Below, in pieces: positions 39,701 through 53,847 of a stretch of 64,000 bases of DNA; position 1 is the first letter of the stretch, and the number at the start of each line of letters is the position of its first letter. The position numbers and the translations under genes were made by a program. The DNA is from Botryllus schlosseri (lineage: Eukaryota), in contig CM119378.1 of assembly GCA_051294905.1 (NCBI GenBank), forward strand, positions 2,234,001 through 2,298,000, read 5' to 3'. The notes under the pieces were generated by a model that searched no databases, was not told where the DNA came from, and saw only the letters and a list, made by a program, of their open reading frames with translations.

Positions 39701-42700
39701 ATGGGGTAAGTTCCCGGTCGCAATTTTCTCCAGACCAATTTCCGAAACAGCTACCCGGCACACATTCTCCGTGGCTGTCAATTGTGCTTTTACATACCCC
39801 GTTCTGACACGTGCAATCTGTGGAAGGAAATCCACTTCAAAGTGAATAAGTCAATTTGATATACTGCAGCGGTTATAAATAGGACAGTGCAAATCGAGTA
39901 CCTGAGTGACACTCGCATAACACAAGACCCTCGTCAAAGAGAGATATCTACTTACCCCCTACCCAATAGCAACCAAACTAAGAGATCTATCGACTATTCA
40001 GGACCTATTCATCTGGAATGCATTACCACAACATATCCGTGAATTGCCTTATGATTAGGGTGATTTTTTTCTGACATGTCAAAAAAAGTCAAAATTGCAG
40101 CGTTAGGTCAAAAAATGTCAGAATTTTTTACAGAGTTAAAACTTTTTTGCAACCTGCATTTCGTTTGTATCGTAGATTTTGCACTGTTGATATTTTACAG
40201 CTTGTAGCCAACTTTATAGGTCTACTGCTTCAGTTGTAGACGGTCCATTGTTTGCTCATTGTGAATCACAGACACTCAAAGAAACAAATAGGTTGACATT
40301 GTGCTATGTTCAACGTATCGCAATATCCCAACTGAAGCAAGACTGCGTGGGCATTGCACGGTTCTTATATCAAGAAGCGCATGAGGAAAAATTGTGATAT
40401 TGACACCATTGCCAGAATGAAGCAACACGGTTTGTCGCCAGCCGTGAACACACAACTTCAGTGTTGTCAGCTAACAACTGCTGCTGTTGAACGTTCATTC
40501 TCCTTTCTTGGCAAGCTACTTAGTAAGGACAGACAATTTCTGTCCGAGAACGTAGGAAAGTATCTTTCGTTGTACTACAAATTTTTTAAATTATTTTTAC
40601 CATAATGTGTAATGTAATTACTGGAATTCTTCATAGGGACAGATTTCAGTAAAATAAAGTTTTTCGATGTAAAAATTTGTCAGTTTTTGAGGCAAAAACC
40701 TATATTTTTCAGGTCAAACTACTTCGTAAGGACAGACAGTTCCAACCAGAAATGAAGATAAGTAGTACAATTCTAACATTTTGTGGGGAAACACCTAATT
40801 TGCATACGTTAGGTCAAATTTGGTCAAAATTAAGATTTTTAAGATCAAAAAATCTCAAAATTTTGATTTTTTAGGTCAAAATCTTTCGATTTTTAGGTAG
40901 AAAAATCGCCCAACATATGATATATTAAAAAAAGAGCTACTTAATTACCTCTTGTTGTCATACAAACACCGTTGCCTAACCTCGTCCAGACAAGCGTCCA
41001 ACTTCTTGTATTTTGTAATTGAGATATCAAATTGTAAGAAATTTGGCGGACCGCCGATTGAGGAACAATGTTTTATAGCGAGACAACACAAACTAGAATA
41101 GCTTTCATCTATATTGATTGCCCGAAATAATCACAAACCACTCAGAACGGCAATCGTACCTTGGTCACAATTCGCACCAAATTTGGTGGTATTGGAGCAT
41201 TTTTCACAGGCGTCACCGATAAATCCGGTATTGCAAGTACAGCGTCCCGAACCTCTTCTGGAGTCCGAGCAGACTCCATTACCATTGCAAGGATTTTGGG
41301 GAGGACCTCGACAACTGCAATAGGAAAATTTCAAACCATAATTATCACATCGAATATGAAGACACAAGAGCACCAATGAAAAAAAATGAAAACTTTCAAG
41401 TTAATGGGAAATTGAACCTAGAATGTATAGTTTCTATACGGAAAGTATCAGAGAGTTACTAAATCTTGATAACCAATACAGGTGATGATCGATAACCGAT
41501 TTCAGAACACGCACAATTATATTTTTCACCGCAAAGCAGATAAATGTCTACTGAAACACCACCAAGATCAACACAAAATGCAAGGAAATTTCGTTAAAAT
41601 AATACAATGTTACATCTGAGAGAGAGAGAGAGAGAGAGATGATATTCTTTCTCGCCTGCACCATCAAGATGCTTTGGCGACGGAGTTGCGATACGGCCCC
41701 ATGAGGTCATCTAGTCTGCGCCCCCGTTTTTTTTTCTCCTCCATGCTATCTGTGATTGCTGTAGGACTAGTAATTTCCAATCATTATTTTCATTGAATTT
41801 GAATTATTTACCCGATCTCAAAGACTACTCCAAGTCGTTTCGACACCTTCCTATCTTTTCATTGTATCGCAGTTTTGTGTTTTTTTTTAAATGATTAAAA
41901 TAGGAATAATCTGATACTGAATACTAGTCTTCGTTCGAGATTACTGGAACAAAATCGGATATATCTATTTCACACATGCCACACCATTTGTATTATCTTC
42001 TATTACTTTTCATTAAGTAAACCCTGTGCCAGTGCGCCTTGATTTCGTACTTATACCTTGGGATCTCTGATTTATGCTGACTCATATATATCTGCTCTTT
42101 GAAAAAGTAATCGTATCATAATGAATATTTTGTTCATATTAAAATGAACCTGAAAATTTTTCGGCTGACACTCGTCAGAGGTAATCGTCAGCAGCTAGTA
42201 GAGAAGTGGAAATAACATTGTAAATCAACAATCCGTTGTCTTGAAAATATTTTGCACCGACAGAATAATTCAGCAAATGTTTGCCGACGGCAGAATCCGA
42301 GGCCTTTGCTTAATCGTTTTTCAGTTTCAGGGGATGATTTAAGGGTGAGCTTTTCTTCGAGTGAATCGTATCGCGCTCTCCTGTGTTAGTGATTCTGTTG
42401 TTGAAGATTTAATACACTGGACTGGTAATTGACATTTGTCTAAATTTACTATTATACAAAGACATAGGGCGTTAGAAATGGTGTCGGAAGTGTGATCATG
42501 CAGATATATCTGTTAATGAAAGGAATGCAATAATATATTCATATTGGAATAAACTTGAATATTGAAAGTACTGGTAACTGTCAAGGTAAAATGAAGCTAT
42601 TGTGGTGTTGGCCCTTGTTATCCTATCATTTTTACTACATCACACACTGCACCAAGTGTGGTAGTGTGGTCATCAATACGCATTGCTTGATATTTTGAAA

Positions 42701-45700
42701 TGGATGAACAGGGCGCAAAAAGGGATGGCATATTTCTTCATATAAAAGAGGGCTATGCTTTCAACATGCCTCAGTATTACGAGTCTGTAAGACGGCCCAT
42801 TGACTGTCGGCAAAAAGTTAAACTGTAATGAATATTCAGCATTGTCAAGTGTTGCCACTTGTGTAAGCGTATTTTTCTAGTGATACTCTGTTGAAATATG
42901 TACAATTGCAAATCTTCCAACTTAACTTTGGTATATAGTCAGCTTATTCTGATTCAACTGATTCATTTCCTGGTCGACTCTATGAGGGTGGGATGCATTA
43001 GGCTCACAGACTTCAGAAACCTGAGATCAGCTCCTAAAACATAGCACGCCTACCAAATCATATGCTCATACGAAATGACTCGAGTATTATGACTCGCATA
43101 ATTAACACTCAATCACTTGAATCTGTTCCAGCCGCAACAAATTAGATATCGTTCGTTTTTGATTAGTGTATTTAATCGATACTAATGAGCTGTGCTTACC
43201 TTCGACATACTGTTCCGTAGAATCCCGGGCAGCATTTGCTAACATTACTTGTGTGTCGGCAAAGTTGGCTGCATCCAAATTTCGATACGTATCTAGCCGA
43301 TCCATCGTCAATTTGTACTTCAGCGGTGTAGACACATTGCTTCATCTAAATATGACTGATTCGCTTAATAATGAAGCAATTTAATGAAGCGCTTTTCTCA
43401 AAACTGCCACTCGAATGTATACTGAGCAGTTCAGTTTATCATTATCAAGAATTTTTATCATTTCAAAACTCCACAAAACTGCGATACAATGAAAAGATAG
43501 GAAGGTGTCGAAACGACTTGGAGGGGTCTTTCAAATCAGACACCTGGCCCGGGGCGATGTAAAGAGGAGGCATGGGATGAAGAGTAAAAGAAGATAATAC
43601 AACAGGACAAGCGACAAAATGCGGTGGTATGTGACGGAAGGCGAGCAGATATGTGGGGTCGTGATCTGGTAAACTTGAGGACAGACTAGTACTGATTCAG
43701 TAGAAATTGCTTGTATTTCGACTTGGATGTGGACAATAGACATGCTTGACGACTCTCGGGTAGCTGGCGAGATACTGTTTCACAAATCAGGTCCGGCATA
43801 TTTGATAGGAAGAAAAGGACGTAGTTTATTTTTGTCCTTGATGTTTTTTGCGGCATATACACCGACTCATGATATACATACACACGATCTGCGCATATGC
43901 ATATCATGAGTGCATGATGTGCATATGCCGCAGGACAAGGAAGGTGCAGATATAGCCTTTTACGGCTTTTTAAGTCTTGCACCACTCCTCCATGCTATCC
44001 CAGTAATGCATGAGCGCCAAGCCGGGAAGTCATGGATGCCAGTGTTACCAATCAGGTCTTTGGTCTGATCCGGCCGGGGATCGAACCCACGACCTACCAA
44101 TCAAGATGCCGGACGCTTCGCCATTACGCTATCTCGTCGGTAAAGAGCAATGTTCTTTCCTATCAACCATATGATAGTTGGACGGCGAAGACGAATACCT
44201 TCAATATAATACTAGGACATTTCTTCATTGCAATTTGATGGCAGTTCAAAATTCGACGACTTATTCACTTTGCAATTTAGGGCGGGGAGCATAAACTTAG
44301 CTTATCCGGGAGAATCCTGATCGTCTGACAAAAAATGTTAAAGGTGGCGCATGAAATTGGATAAGATTTGCGCGAGGATTATCTAGAGTTGTCTGGGCAA
44401 ACTTTAAATCTAGTGCAATTTGGCACGATTAACAGTATTTAACAAGGCGATTAGCATTCTCCCAGATAAGCTGACTTTATGATATCCCCGCTGAAAGTGC
44501 ATTAATACAACACAACGCGTCGGCCAATTACCATATCTTCAGCACAAAGTACAAGAGAATGCTTTGCTTCATCAAGTATAACTCACCACACGACTGTGAA
44601 ACAGTATTTCGGCAGCAAAAAGACAGTTGTTGACCATGTCCACATTCACGTCAAAATACACACACTACTGAAATATTACTGGTCTGCACTCCAGACTACC
44701 AGTTGATGAAAAATAAAGACTCTCTCTCTCTGATCTGACATTTTTATTTCGCCTACCAACACACATTTTCATTGCTTTTCCTTTTTATGTTACTTCTGTT
44801 GACTTTCATTCAGTGTGCATGCCTACTATATACATGCTCTAGGCCAGGGAGGACGCACAATTGATTGATCTACGTAGTTTTTGTGCAATCATGCATTTAC
44901 TTATGAGTAAGCAATTCAAATAAATGATTGAGCTGTAAAAGGAACAAGCGTAACTTGAACGAGAACTTCAATTCATAGTGAGCCCCAGCACAATAGTCTC
45001 GGTCAGCATGGACAACAGTCATGCGTGACAAAATGAATCATAACTAGGGCAAGTTTTAGCAACTTTTTTTAACAGCTTCCGGCAACTTCCTAGATACTCA
45101 GAACTATGTACTGTGATGTTTTAGGCAGTTTAGAGGGATTTTATAGTGCAACCTTCTGCAACTTTTCTCTATTTTTCATACCAATTTTCACTGAAACATT
45201 GATCAAATATTGCAAAAAATGTAAAGGAGGGATTTAAAAACATGCTATAAACTATTCATAGTATGGTTCTATTCTCATTTATTTGCATACCAAAGAAAGA
45301 GCTGTTATCTATGACACAATGGCTTGCAAACAAGAAGTTCAATTGCCCCTGCCAAGCACGACCGTGTCCTAACAATATGTAAATAAATCGTCTGATTCTG
45401 TCGTTTAAACTTTAGTTAGTTTCCCATTTCACGAACGCGCAAGCGAGACCGCCGAAAATTACATTTTTACCGGGTCACCTTATCCAGGCTATTGATTTTA
45501 TTAAAGTCGCCAAGAGTGAGTGTGACGCCTTGGGTCAAGTTCGCAGACCTAGGGGGTTTGGGGTGTGCTATTTGACTTGTTTCAGGAGGAGGGGTTATCG
45601 CTATGCTGTTTGGCTTTTTGAGGAAAAATTATTCCCGCATTGCGTAATTTTCTTGCTTTGTGTGTAATTTTTGGCGGTCTCACCAGAATTTTTGGCGGTC

Positions 45701-48700
45701 TTGCCAGAATGTCCATGAAATGGCCAAGTAGCAAATTTGACAGCTCTGCAGGAACTAGGTTATGCAAGGGAACCTTTCGAGTATCTCACACCATACTAAT
45801 TCAACAAAAATGATAAATGCAACTTTTGACTGCGACTTTTGTCAAAATTAAGTGCAATTTTCTCGTGATTTTAATGCAACAAAATCTTGCTCTAATCATA
45901 ACCTTACAATTTCGAAACCTTCTCATTTCATTTTATCGTAATCTTGCGCTGTTTTTAAATAAAGAAATTGTAAATATGCTGAGCTGAAGTGAACAATTAT
46001 GAAACACACTATGCTTGAAATGAAGGTACTCAATGCTCAGTTTTCAAGCATTGGCAAAATTTCTGAAATGGATCAAATATTCAAATATATCGCCAGACTA
46101 CTCTTGGTACTTACTGCTGCATATTGAAGACTCAGAGGAATGCCACCTGGCTTACACAATGGTCTTCCGCATTCCCCACATGGACCCCTCTTTGGTATTC
46201 GAACTGTGTCCTGACAGCGATTCTTAACCAGCGGTTTCATGGTGGGCGGAATCAGGAACTTATCAACGATATTGATGTAGCATGCGGTGGATGAGCTACT
46301 GCTGGTATTGACCAAAATGTCTGATTTCAGAATCTGAAGAAATAAAAAAGGACATTTGAAAAGACTCTTTGAGATACTGAACTTCAATATAATATCTAGT
46401 AATATATTCATACTGAAATAAACCTGAATATTTTCGGCTGACACTCGTCAACGGTAATCGTCAGTAACAAGTAGGTGATTGAAATAGACTCAAACAAGTG
46501 GCTTAAGCTCAATTTGCTATTTTAGATTATATACAAACTAGCGTTGGGACCCCGGGAAATCCCGATCCCGGGATTGGTCCCGATGAAATCCCGGGACTTG
46601 TGAACAGCATCTACCAAGGCTTATGTAGCTCCATATCTCTTATTTTGGTAATAAAGCAGTGTCACAAACTCGGCTGATTGTCCAGAACAGTGGCCTCAAA
46701 CACGCGGCCCGCCAGAACTGTTTTTTCAAGCATTCGACAATATTAAACTCGAAAATTTCAGATTTCGGATTTGAGAACTTGAAATTTCATTCTGAAACCA
46801 CTCCAAAAACCTGAATCGCTATCACACATCAAACGTCCACTAGCTGCTAAATTATAATGCGACAGCTTTTACGATGACACGATGCATTTTTCGTCTCGCA
46901 TGGTTTCTAACTGTCTATATAACTCCTTATGTCGCCAAATTATGCCAAGCACAACAATATTTTTAAATTATATTAAAAACTTTGACTTTTTCGTGGCAAC
47001 CGTGAATATTACGTTAGTATATTACATTTTCACAATGTGTATGGAATGCCAATCTGCAAGGTCCGACAAAAAATGCGTACTGGAAAATACATATTATACC
47101 CCTATTTGATGCTGCTGCCCGCCGCGTCATCAAAAACTACAAAATTGGCCCGCGATAAAATTGGAGTTTGGAACCCCTGATCTAATCGATGATACTCTTG
47201 ATGCTCTAATGTTTTGCGTCAATTCAATATCACAAGGACTAAATGTTATTTGTGTAACTTGTATGTCTATTTTACTATTTTTCTAATCCCGGGGAATCCC
47301 AGGATTGAGGAGCGAAAATCCCGGGAATTCCCGATCCCGGGATTTCAAATTTGATCCCGAAGTCCCAACCCTAATACAAACTCGTTCTGAAAAACAATGT
47401 TGGCGTATTTTGATAAAAGTCGACTCCAATGCAAAAATGAAAGAATGAACGGTCTTTCCCGACGACACAAAAGCTGTTGTCTTGATAATGTTTTGTGTAA
47501 ATAGAATTATTAGTGAAATGTTCGCCAATGGCAGAATTCTTGACCGTTGCCTGTTCTGATTCAAACTTCAGGGAACGTGTATAATCTAAAGATACTACAT
47601 TGAGCGTAAGCCATCCGTTCACTTTGATTATTCAAATTATCCAAGCGACGTCATATTTGGTAATACGATTGTTGATATAAAATGCTCTTTTTTATCCTCT
47701 ATTTGTTGCTGACGAATACCCTTGACGAGTGTCAAATGAATATCAATATGAATATCAATATGAATATTTAATTCGATTGTATAAAAAGGCCATGAATAGA
47801 ATTGAATAGTACTTTATAAATATTATTACTTACTTTGGCTCTTCCTTCTCCGATCATTATCGTTCCATCATCCTCTAATCTACTAAGAGAGATTGGGAAT
47901 GATGTTTGTACAGTTTCACGGGTAGCCAGTTCAAATGAAGTTACAGTGTTATCAGCACTTGCTATGCTGTACATGAAAATATCTCTCAAAACAACGGCGC
48001 CCTGAAACCCAAGATTAAGATTCAATAAACAACGCTAAAATTATTGATTGATCCGATACAATTCTATACTCGTTAATTAATTATTATCATAACGACCCAT
48101 GATGGTAATTCCATAGCGTCAGTGTTTCTTATGTAATATTATGACATTGTTCTATGATGGTGACTTGATGGTCAACATGGATATTACATTAAAGTGACAC
48201 TGCTGTATTATTAGGATGTGGTCTCAAATTAGCGTTGAGAGTGTGAAAAACATTTTTGCAGCAGCCATTATCCACTGATTCATTTGCCTCAATACAACAG
48301 AGATGGATACAATAGAATGATACAATTAGAATACAGTGGCTGCTACCAAAATATTCCACTTACAACTGAAATTTGAAACCGCATCATATCGAGAAGGCAG
48401 CAACTCCCTAAATAGATACTCCACATAAAAAGGTGATACTCATGGGTCAATAGTGTTCCAAACATGATGTCTTTTTCTAGGTGTTACAAAATAAATATTA
48501 CTGAAACACAAAGAGTCAAAAAGGTTGATGAACAGAAATCATTTTTAATGCCTGTCAATATTTTAAGATATCAAGTCTGCTTAATAACTGAAACAAGCGC
48601 TGGACATATATATACGAACATATATTACCCATATACCTATAACTAAAGAGTCATTTTATTACTAGCCATGAAGTCATTCATATTTCTACTTCTGCAGATC

Positions 48701-51700
48701 CTAATTCAATACATATAAAATGTATTCATAAATACATTACATCCTTAGATTCATAACTATTCATCCACATGCAGAACACTGATGAGCAATTATAAACAGA
48801 CTATGACTAATATAATCGTTCGATTCCACAAAATCATAAACATAAATACGAATTTAAATACCAATGGACTTTTCAGGTAAGTCAATTCGTCATCCGTTAA
48901 CTCTGACATGGCAGCATCATTCGGAGCAAATAGAGTGTATCCGGGAGGATCATTTAATCGTAAGGTCATCCATGGACTGATGCTGACCAACGCAGTGAAA
49001 TTCGACAATGCACTGATCTGCCTTAAGGCTTGTATTCCAACGCCGCTTGCTATGAAATCAGTCTGTGAAAGAATTTGAATCCAGGATCAATTATAATGGA
49101 ATATAGCATCAGTTCTAGCAGTTAGTAACAAAAAATATTTTCATTCGACTATGTGCTTTTGTGAAAATACAATCGTATCTCAACATAAAACTTTCTACAG
49201 TCTGTAAGTTGAAGCAAAATACCTGAATAGCCGAGTTAACTTACAGTAACTAGTAAGTTCTACAGATTCACTAACATCATATTTTACCATTTTTTTTTCA
49301 TTTTACAAATATCACAGGAATAGATATTATATAATACAACATATCACACTTAAGATACCGCATTTCCAACTACATGACCGAGTCATTTGAAAATCTTCTG
49401 TGGTCTCTTTTTTCATATGGATAGTTCGCATTGGGTCTGAATGGGATCTTACTAGAACCCAACCGATTAAAATTATCGAGTCAGTATCGTCCAATAGAGA
49501 TTAAAAATCATGACTCATGAAAAATTAGAAGGAAAATTGGTAGTAAGTACTCATATTACTAGTGTTTGCAATGTCCATTAGGGTTGTTCAAACATAACTA
49601 TTTTTCTGAACTAACTGATTAAATCGTTGGGTTGCCTAAAAAATGCTGCACGCCAAATTTGGCTCAATTCCAAGCAGTAGAAGCCGACACAGAGCCAATT
49701 GAAATATTTTAATTTATTATGAATTTTTTTTTATAAAATCTCTAATTTTACTGTCAACTCTATAAAATTGTCAAGTTCCCTAAAAGAACTATGTCTAACA
49801 ATTTTTCTCACTTCCAACCGGTTGTAGCGAAGTTATTGCTGTTGAAAATTTTAGATTTGCAAAAATAGCATCAACGGTGAGTAATCCCGGAATTATTATT
49901 GAAAAACTTAAATAACCTCGCTTCTACGGGTTGGGATTGCGTCAAATTTGTCTTGCATCGTTTTTTCAGCATGTAGGACTAGGTGCTCACCATAGCGTCT
50001 TCCCAAAGTACAGAGTCAATGATATATATAACGCCGTTAGCAGCCGGCTTAGCACTGACAAGAACTTTAGCTGAGAAACCGTCCGCAAATCTTAAATTGG
50101 CAAAGTATCCATCGTCATCGTCATCTGCGTCATCATCTTCAATTATTCCCGGCGAAAGAAGTTTGATCGGGTAGTTATATCCAAGAAGAGGATACATTGT
50201 TTTTGCGCTGCTTTCGTTGAAATCCACGTATATAGATCCGGCAACAACATGAGCTCTTGTAAAAAATTTGGAAGCACTTAAACATATTATTATTCACTAA
50301 CAGTTCCGTTTATCAGGCCAATTTTAGTCTTTAGAAACTGAATAAACTAAATACTAGGGTAGTAACCAAGTCTCACGGTTCCGAGTCACAAGTCAATCTT
50401 ACTTTTATGGTGTATACTTGAGTCAAGTCAAGGTATGTTCTATTTACCGTCAAGTTAAGGTGCTAAGGGTAGAGTCTGAGTCAAAGTGTTAAGATTCAAG
50501 CTTTAGTTTAAGTCATGGTGTTCACTGTTCACTGTTCAGTATCGACCTCAATGCATGCTCAAATCACTTTTTCACAACTTTTCTTCGGTGATAGCGAATG
50601 CCTCTCATTCAAAATAAAGTTCTTTTTATCACTCTTAACATGTTCATTCAAACAGATAGGAGACAGTTTCTGGACCTATTTTTCAACTACCGGAACCGAT
50701 TAATGTGCTACATTTGCTATTCGCTGAAGTTACTGTGGAAGGAACATACCATAATTTGTATCTTTTTGATGTCTATAACACTCTATCGGTTAATTTACTA
50801 CACACAGAAAGCAACAGCACAAAACCCAATACAAATTCACCCACAACAGAGGTGAAATCGAATTGTGTACATTGTGCTAGCGACCAAACCCGATGGTTGT
50901 AATGAGAACCTGATTTTTGGCCAGAGAGTAGTACAATTTTTACATCGTCTAGTAGTCGACTGGTCATTCAGCACAATTCAACCTCAAATATTTTCTTAAG
51001 TCAAGCCAGAAACGTCGAGACATGCCGAATGTTTAAGTAAAAGTCGAGTCAATAAACAAAGTGAATCAAGTTGAGTCCATTTTTCATTTTTAAAATAATG
51101 ACTCGGCCCAAGTTGGGTCACTGAAATATTGGGACTCCAGTCAATACAACCCGACAAATGCCTCACCGATTTCAGCAACAAAAATGATGCAATACCTCGA
51201 CAATATATTCCATCGCGGGGTGCCGGGTATCTTGAAAAAATCTTGATTAAACGCAGAATCCAACGGCACAAAGAGAGTCCAAAAATGCGGATCGTAAAGT
51301 TGATCTTCCAATCCCTCGCCGAACATTGTGAGAGCGTTATTCAACCGACCGGCGTACATTCCAGTAGCGTTCAACTTATACAACTCCGAAAGTAAGTCGT
51401 CATAGCAATTGCGATTGTATTCAACCATTCCTGGTGGACACTAGGAGAGTTTTGTCTACATGAGTCATTGGAAACAAGTTTCAATCGGTCTACTACTGGT
51501 AACTATGGCCGGGCACAATGATTTGACTACTCAATTCGGAATCGAGAATAAATTCTAACAATTCCAGCAAGTAGTGAGAGATGATTTTTTCGAGAACTGA
51601 AATTATACCCATTATACCACTAAGAGTTGATTTGTCAACAAGTATTTTAATTTCGGTACTATTTTCCATTGTTGAAAATCTCAAATGCCATGAAGAACTG

Positions 51701-53793
51701 GAATTACATTCTTTGTGGTCTCATCAAAGCTGCAGATATGAGCTTTTATTCATGCTGTTGGGTCGTCGTAATGAGTGATGCTCAAATCGTCGCGGTGGGA
51801 TCATCAAAGTAGCTTATGTGCATGTTTTTTAATTTCGAGATCCATTCGTCAAATTGATAGAAAATCACGTACTTGTAAAATTTTCATATTTTTTTGGCCA
51901 TGTTTTTGTTCGTCACACTGTTACAAAGTAAACCATGGCCAAGATATTACCAAAAGTTAAATTTTTCAAAATGTGTAAAATGGACATAAGATACTTTGAT
52001 TCTGCTGCAACGAACTACTTGACTTGATACTCGATTCCGAATTGAATTACTTCGTTACTCGATTTTGAGCAGCCATATTGGTAAAACTAATTCAAAATTC
52101 ACAGAAATCAAATTGATGCGATTAACTTACGATACATTCGACAGTAATGATTCCTCCAATAAGTACTGTGTTACAGGTAGCTTCCGGGCCGCATGTAGTG
52201 CTTTTGTATAAGCCGCAAATATCCTTCAGAACACATTGGCTTCCTTGTAATACGAATCCAGTTTTGCAATCACAATGAGACTGAATATAAAGGTGATGTA
52301 TTGTGAGTGCAGAAATTTGTAACTAGAAAATACCGTTGTTATGACGACTAACGATGGGACAATTCCAAACAATAAGTATTGTTTTAGACCAGTGGTTCCC
52401 AACCGGTGGGGAATTCCCCACTGGTGGGGAATTCAATGGTTTCTGGTGGGGAATAGACCCATTTGTTAAACACTGTATACAGGACAGTCTACATATTTAC
52501 GGAGACGAATGCGCAATTACCGTTACCAGTTAACTGCTCTGGAATGTATGTATCGAAAATTATATATTGCGTGTTGTTCACAAAAACAAATTTTTATCTA
52601 CGGATAAGCAATCACAAACGCATCCAGCACAAACAGTATGACGTGACTAACGCTTTCGCTAAATTTTGAGGGTTACCGGTATCGGTTCACAATACGTTTT
52701 ATGTTGCAGTTGTAGTCGATTGTCTTGCGTACAAGCAAATAGCTGCCCCGTAATGGCAAAAGTTTAGGGGAGTGGGGAATGAAGGCTCGGAATAAATCTA
52801 AAATGGGAAATGAAGGCTAGGAATAAATCTGAAGTGGGGAATGACGACAAAAAGGTTGGGAACCACTGTTTTAGACTGAAGTTATTAACCGGGGCTGGAG
52901 GGGGGAATGAAGCACCATAGCAGAGCTTATCACAAGCAGTGTAAAAATTTACGCTATTTGGGCATATTGGCATCTGTGAAACTGGTTATCGCTGGAAAAT
53001 AACACCAACTCTCTACCTGACCAGGACCGTCGAATGTGCAAATACTGCTGGTTGCATTGCATCCACCTCTGTTTGTTTGACACGGATCAATTGCTTCACA
53101 CCAATACCCATCTCCAGTAAATCCAACTTTGCAGCGGCATGAGGATTGATCTTATTGAAATTACAGATATTAAATTGTCAGCCAGAAAAATTTTCATGTG
53201 GAATATGCAAATATGGTTAGATGATTATTGATTATATATAAATAAAGAATATTAATACAACTAAGAGCAAGGTTGTAACCATGTCACAAAGTACTGAGTC
53301 CCAAGTCACCGTAATCTTAATTTTATACTTTTGACTCGAGTCAAGTAGAGTCATTTTCAATTCACCACCGAGCCAAATCAGATTCTAAGTCAGGGAACAA
53401 AAGGTCAAGTCGTAGTTATAGTGTTGAGACTCGAGAGTCCGAGTCTTAGTGTTCACTGTTCACTATCGTGTTCAAGTCAGGTTCACTTCACTTTTTTTAA
53501 ACTCTTGTGAGATATCATAATAGCAACCTAGCAAGTAGCAACCCAATAGCAACCTAATTAAGAAATCTATCGACTACTCAGTACCTCTCATCTGAAATGC
53601 ATTACCACAACATATCAGTCAATTGCCTTATGATAGATTTAAAACAGAGCTACAGAAATTACCTTTTGCTGTCATACTGACACTGCTGCCTTATCTCGCC
53701 CAGACATTGTCTCATTGATTTGCTACCATATTTTAATTGTTTTTTTTTAAGTTCCTTTACAACTAACATTAAACCTGACTAGCCGACTCTCTC

Positions 53794-53847
<54 letters not shown>

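Noticed and set aside
43102..43335. ORF-track protein MSTPLKYKLT...
   Set aside because: Wrong frame of stabilin exon 14.
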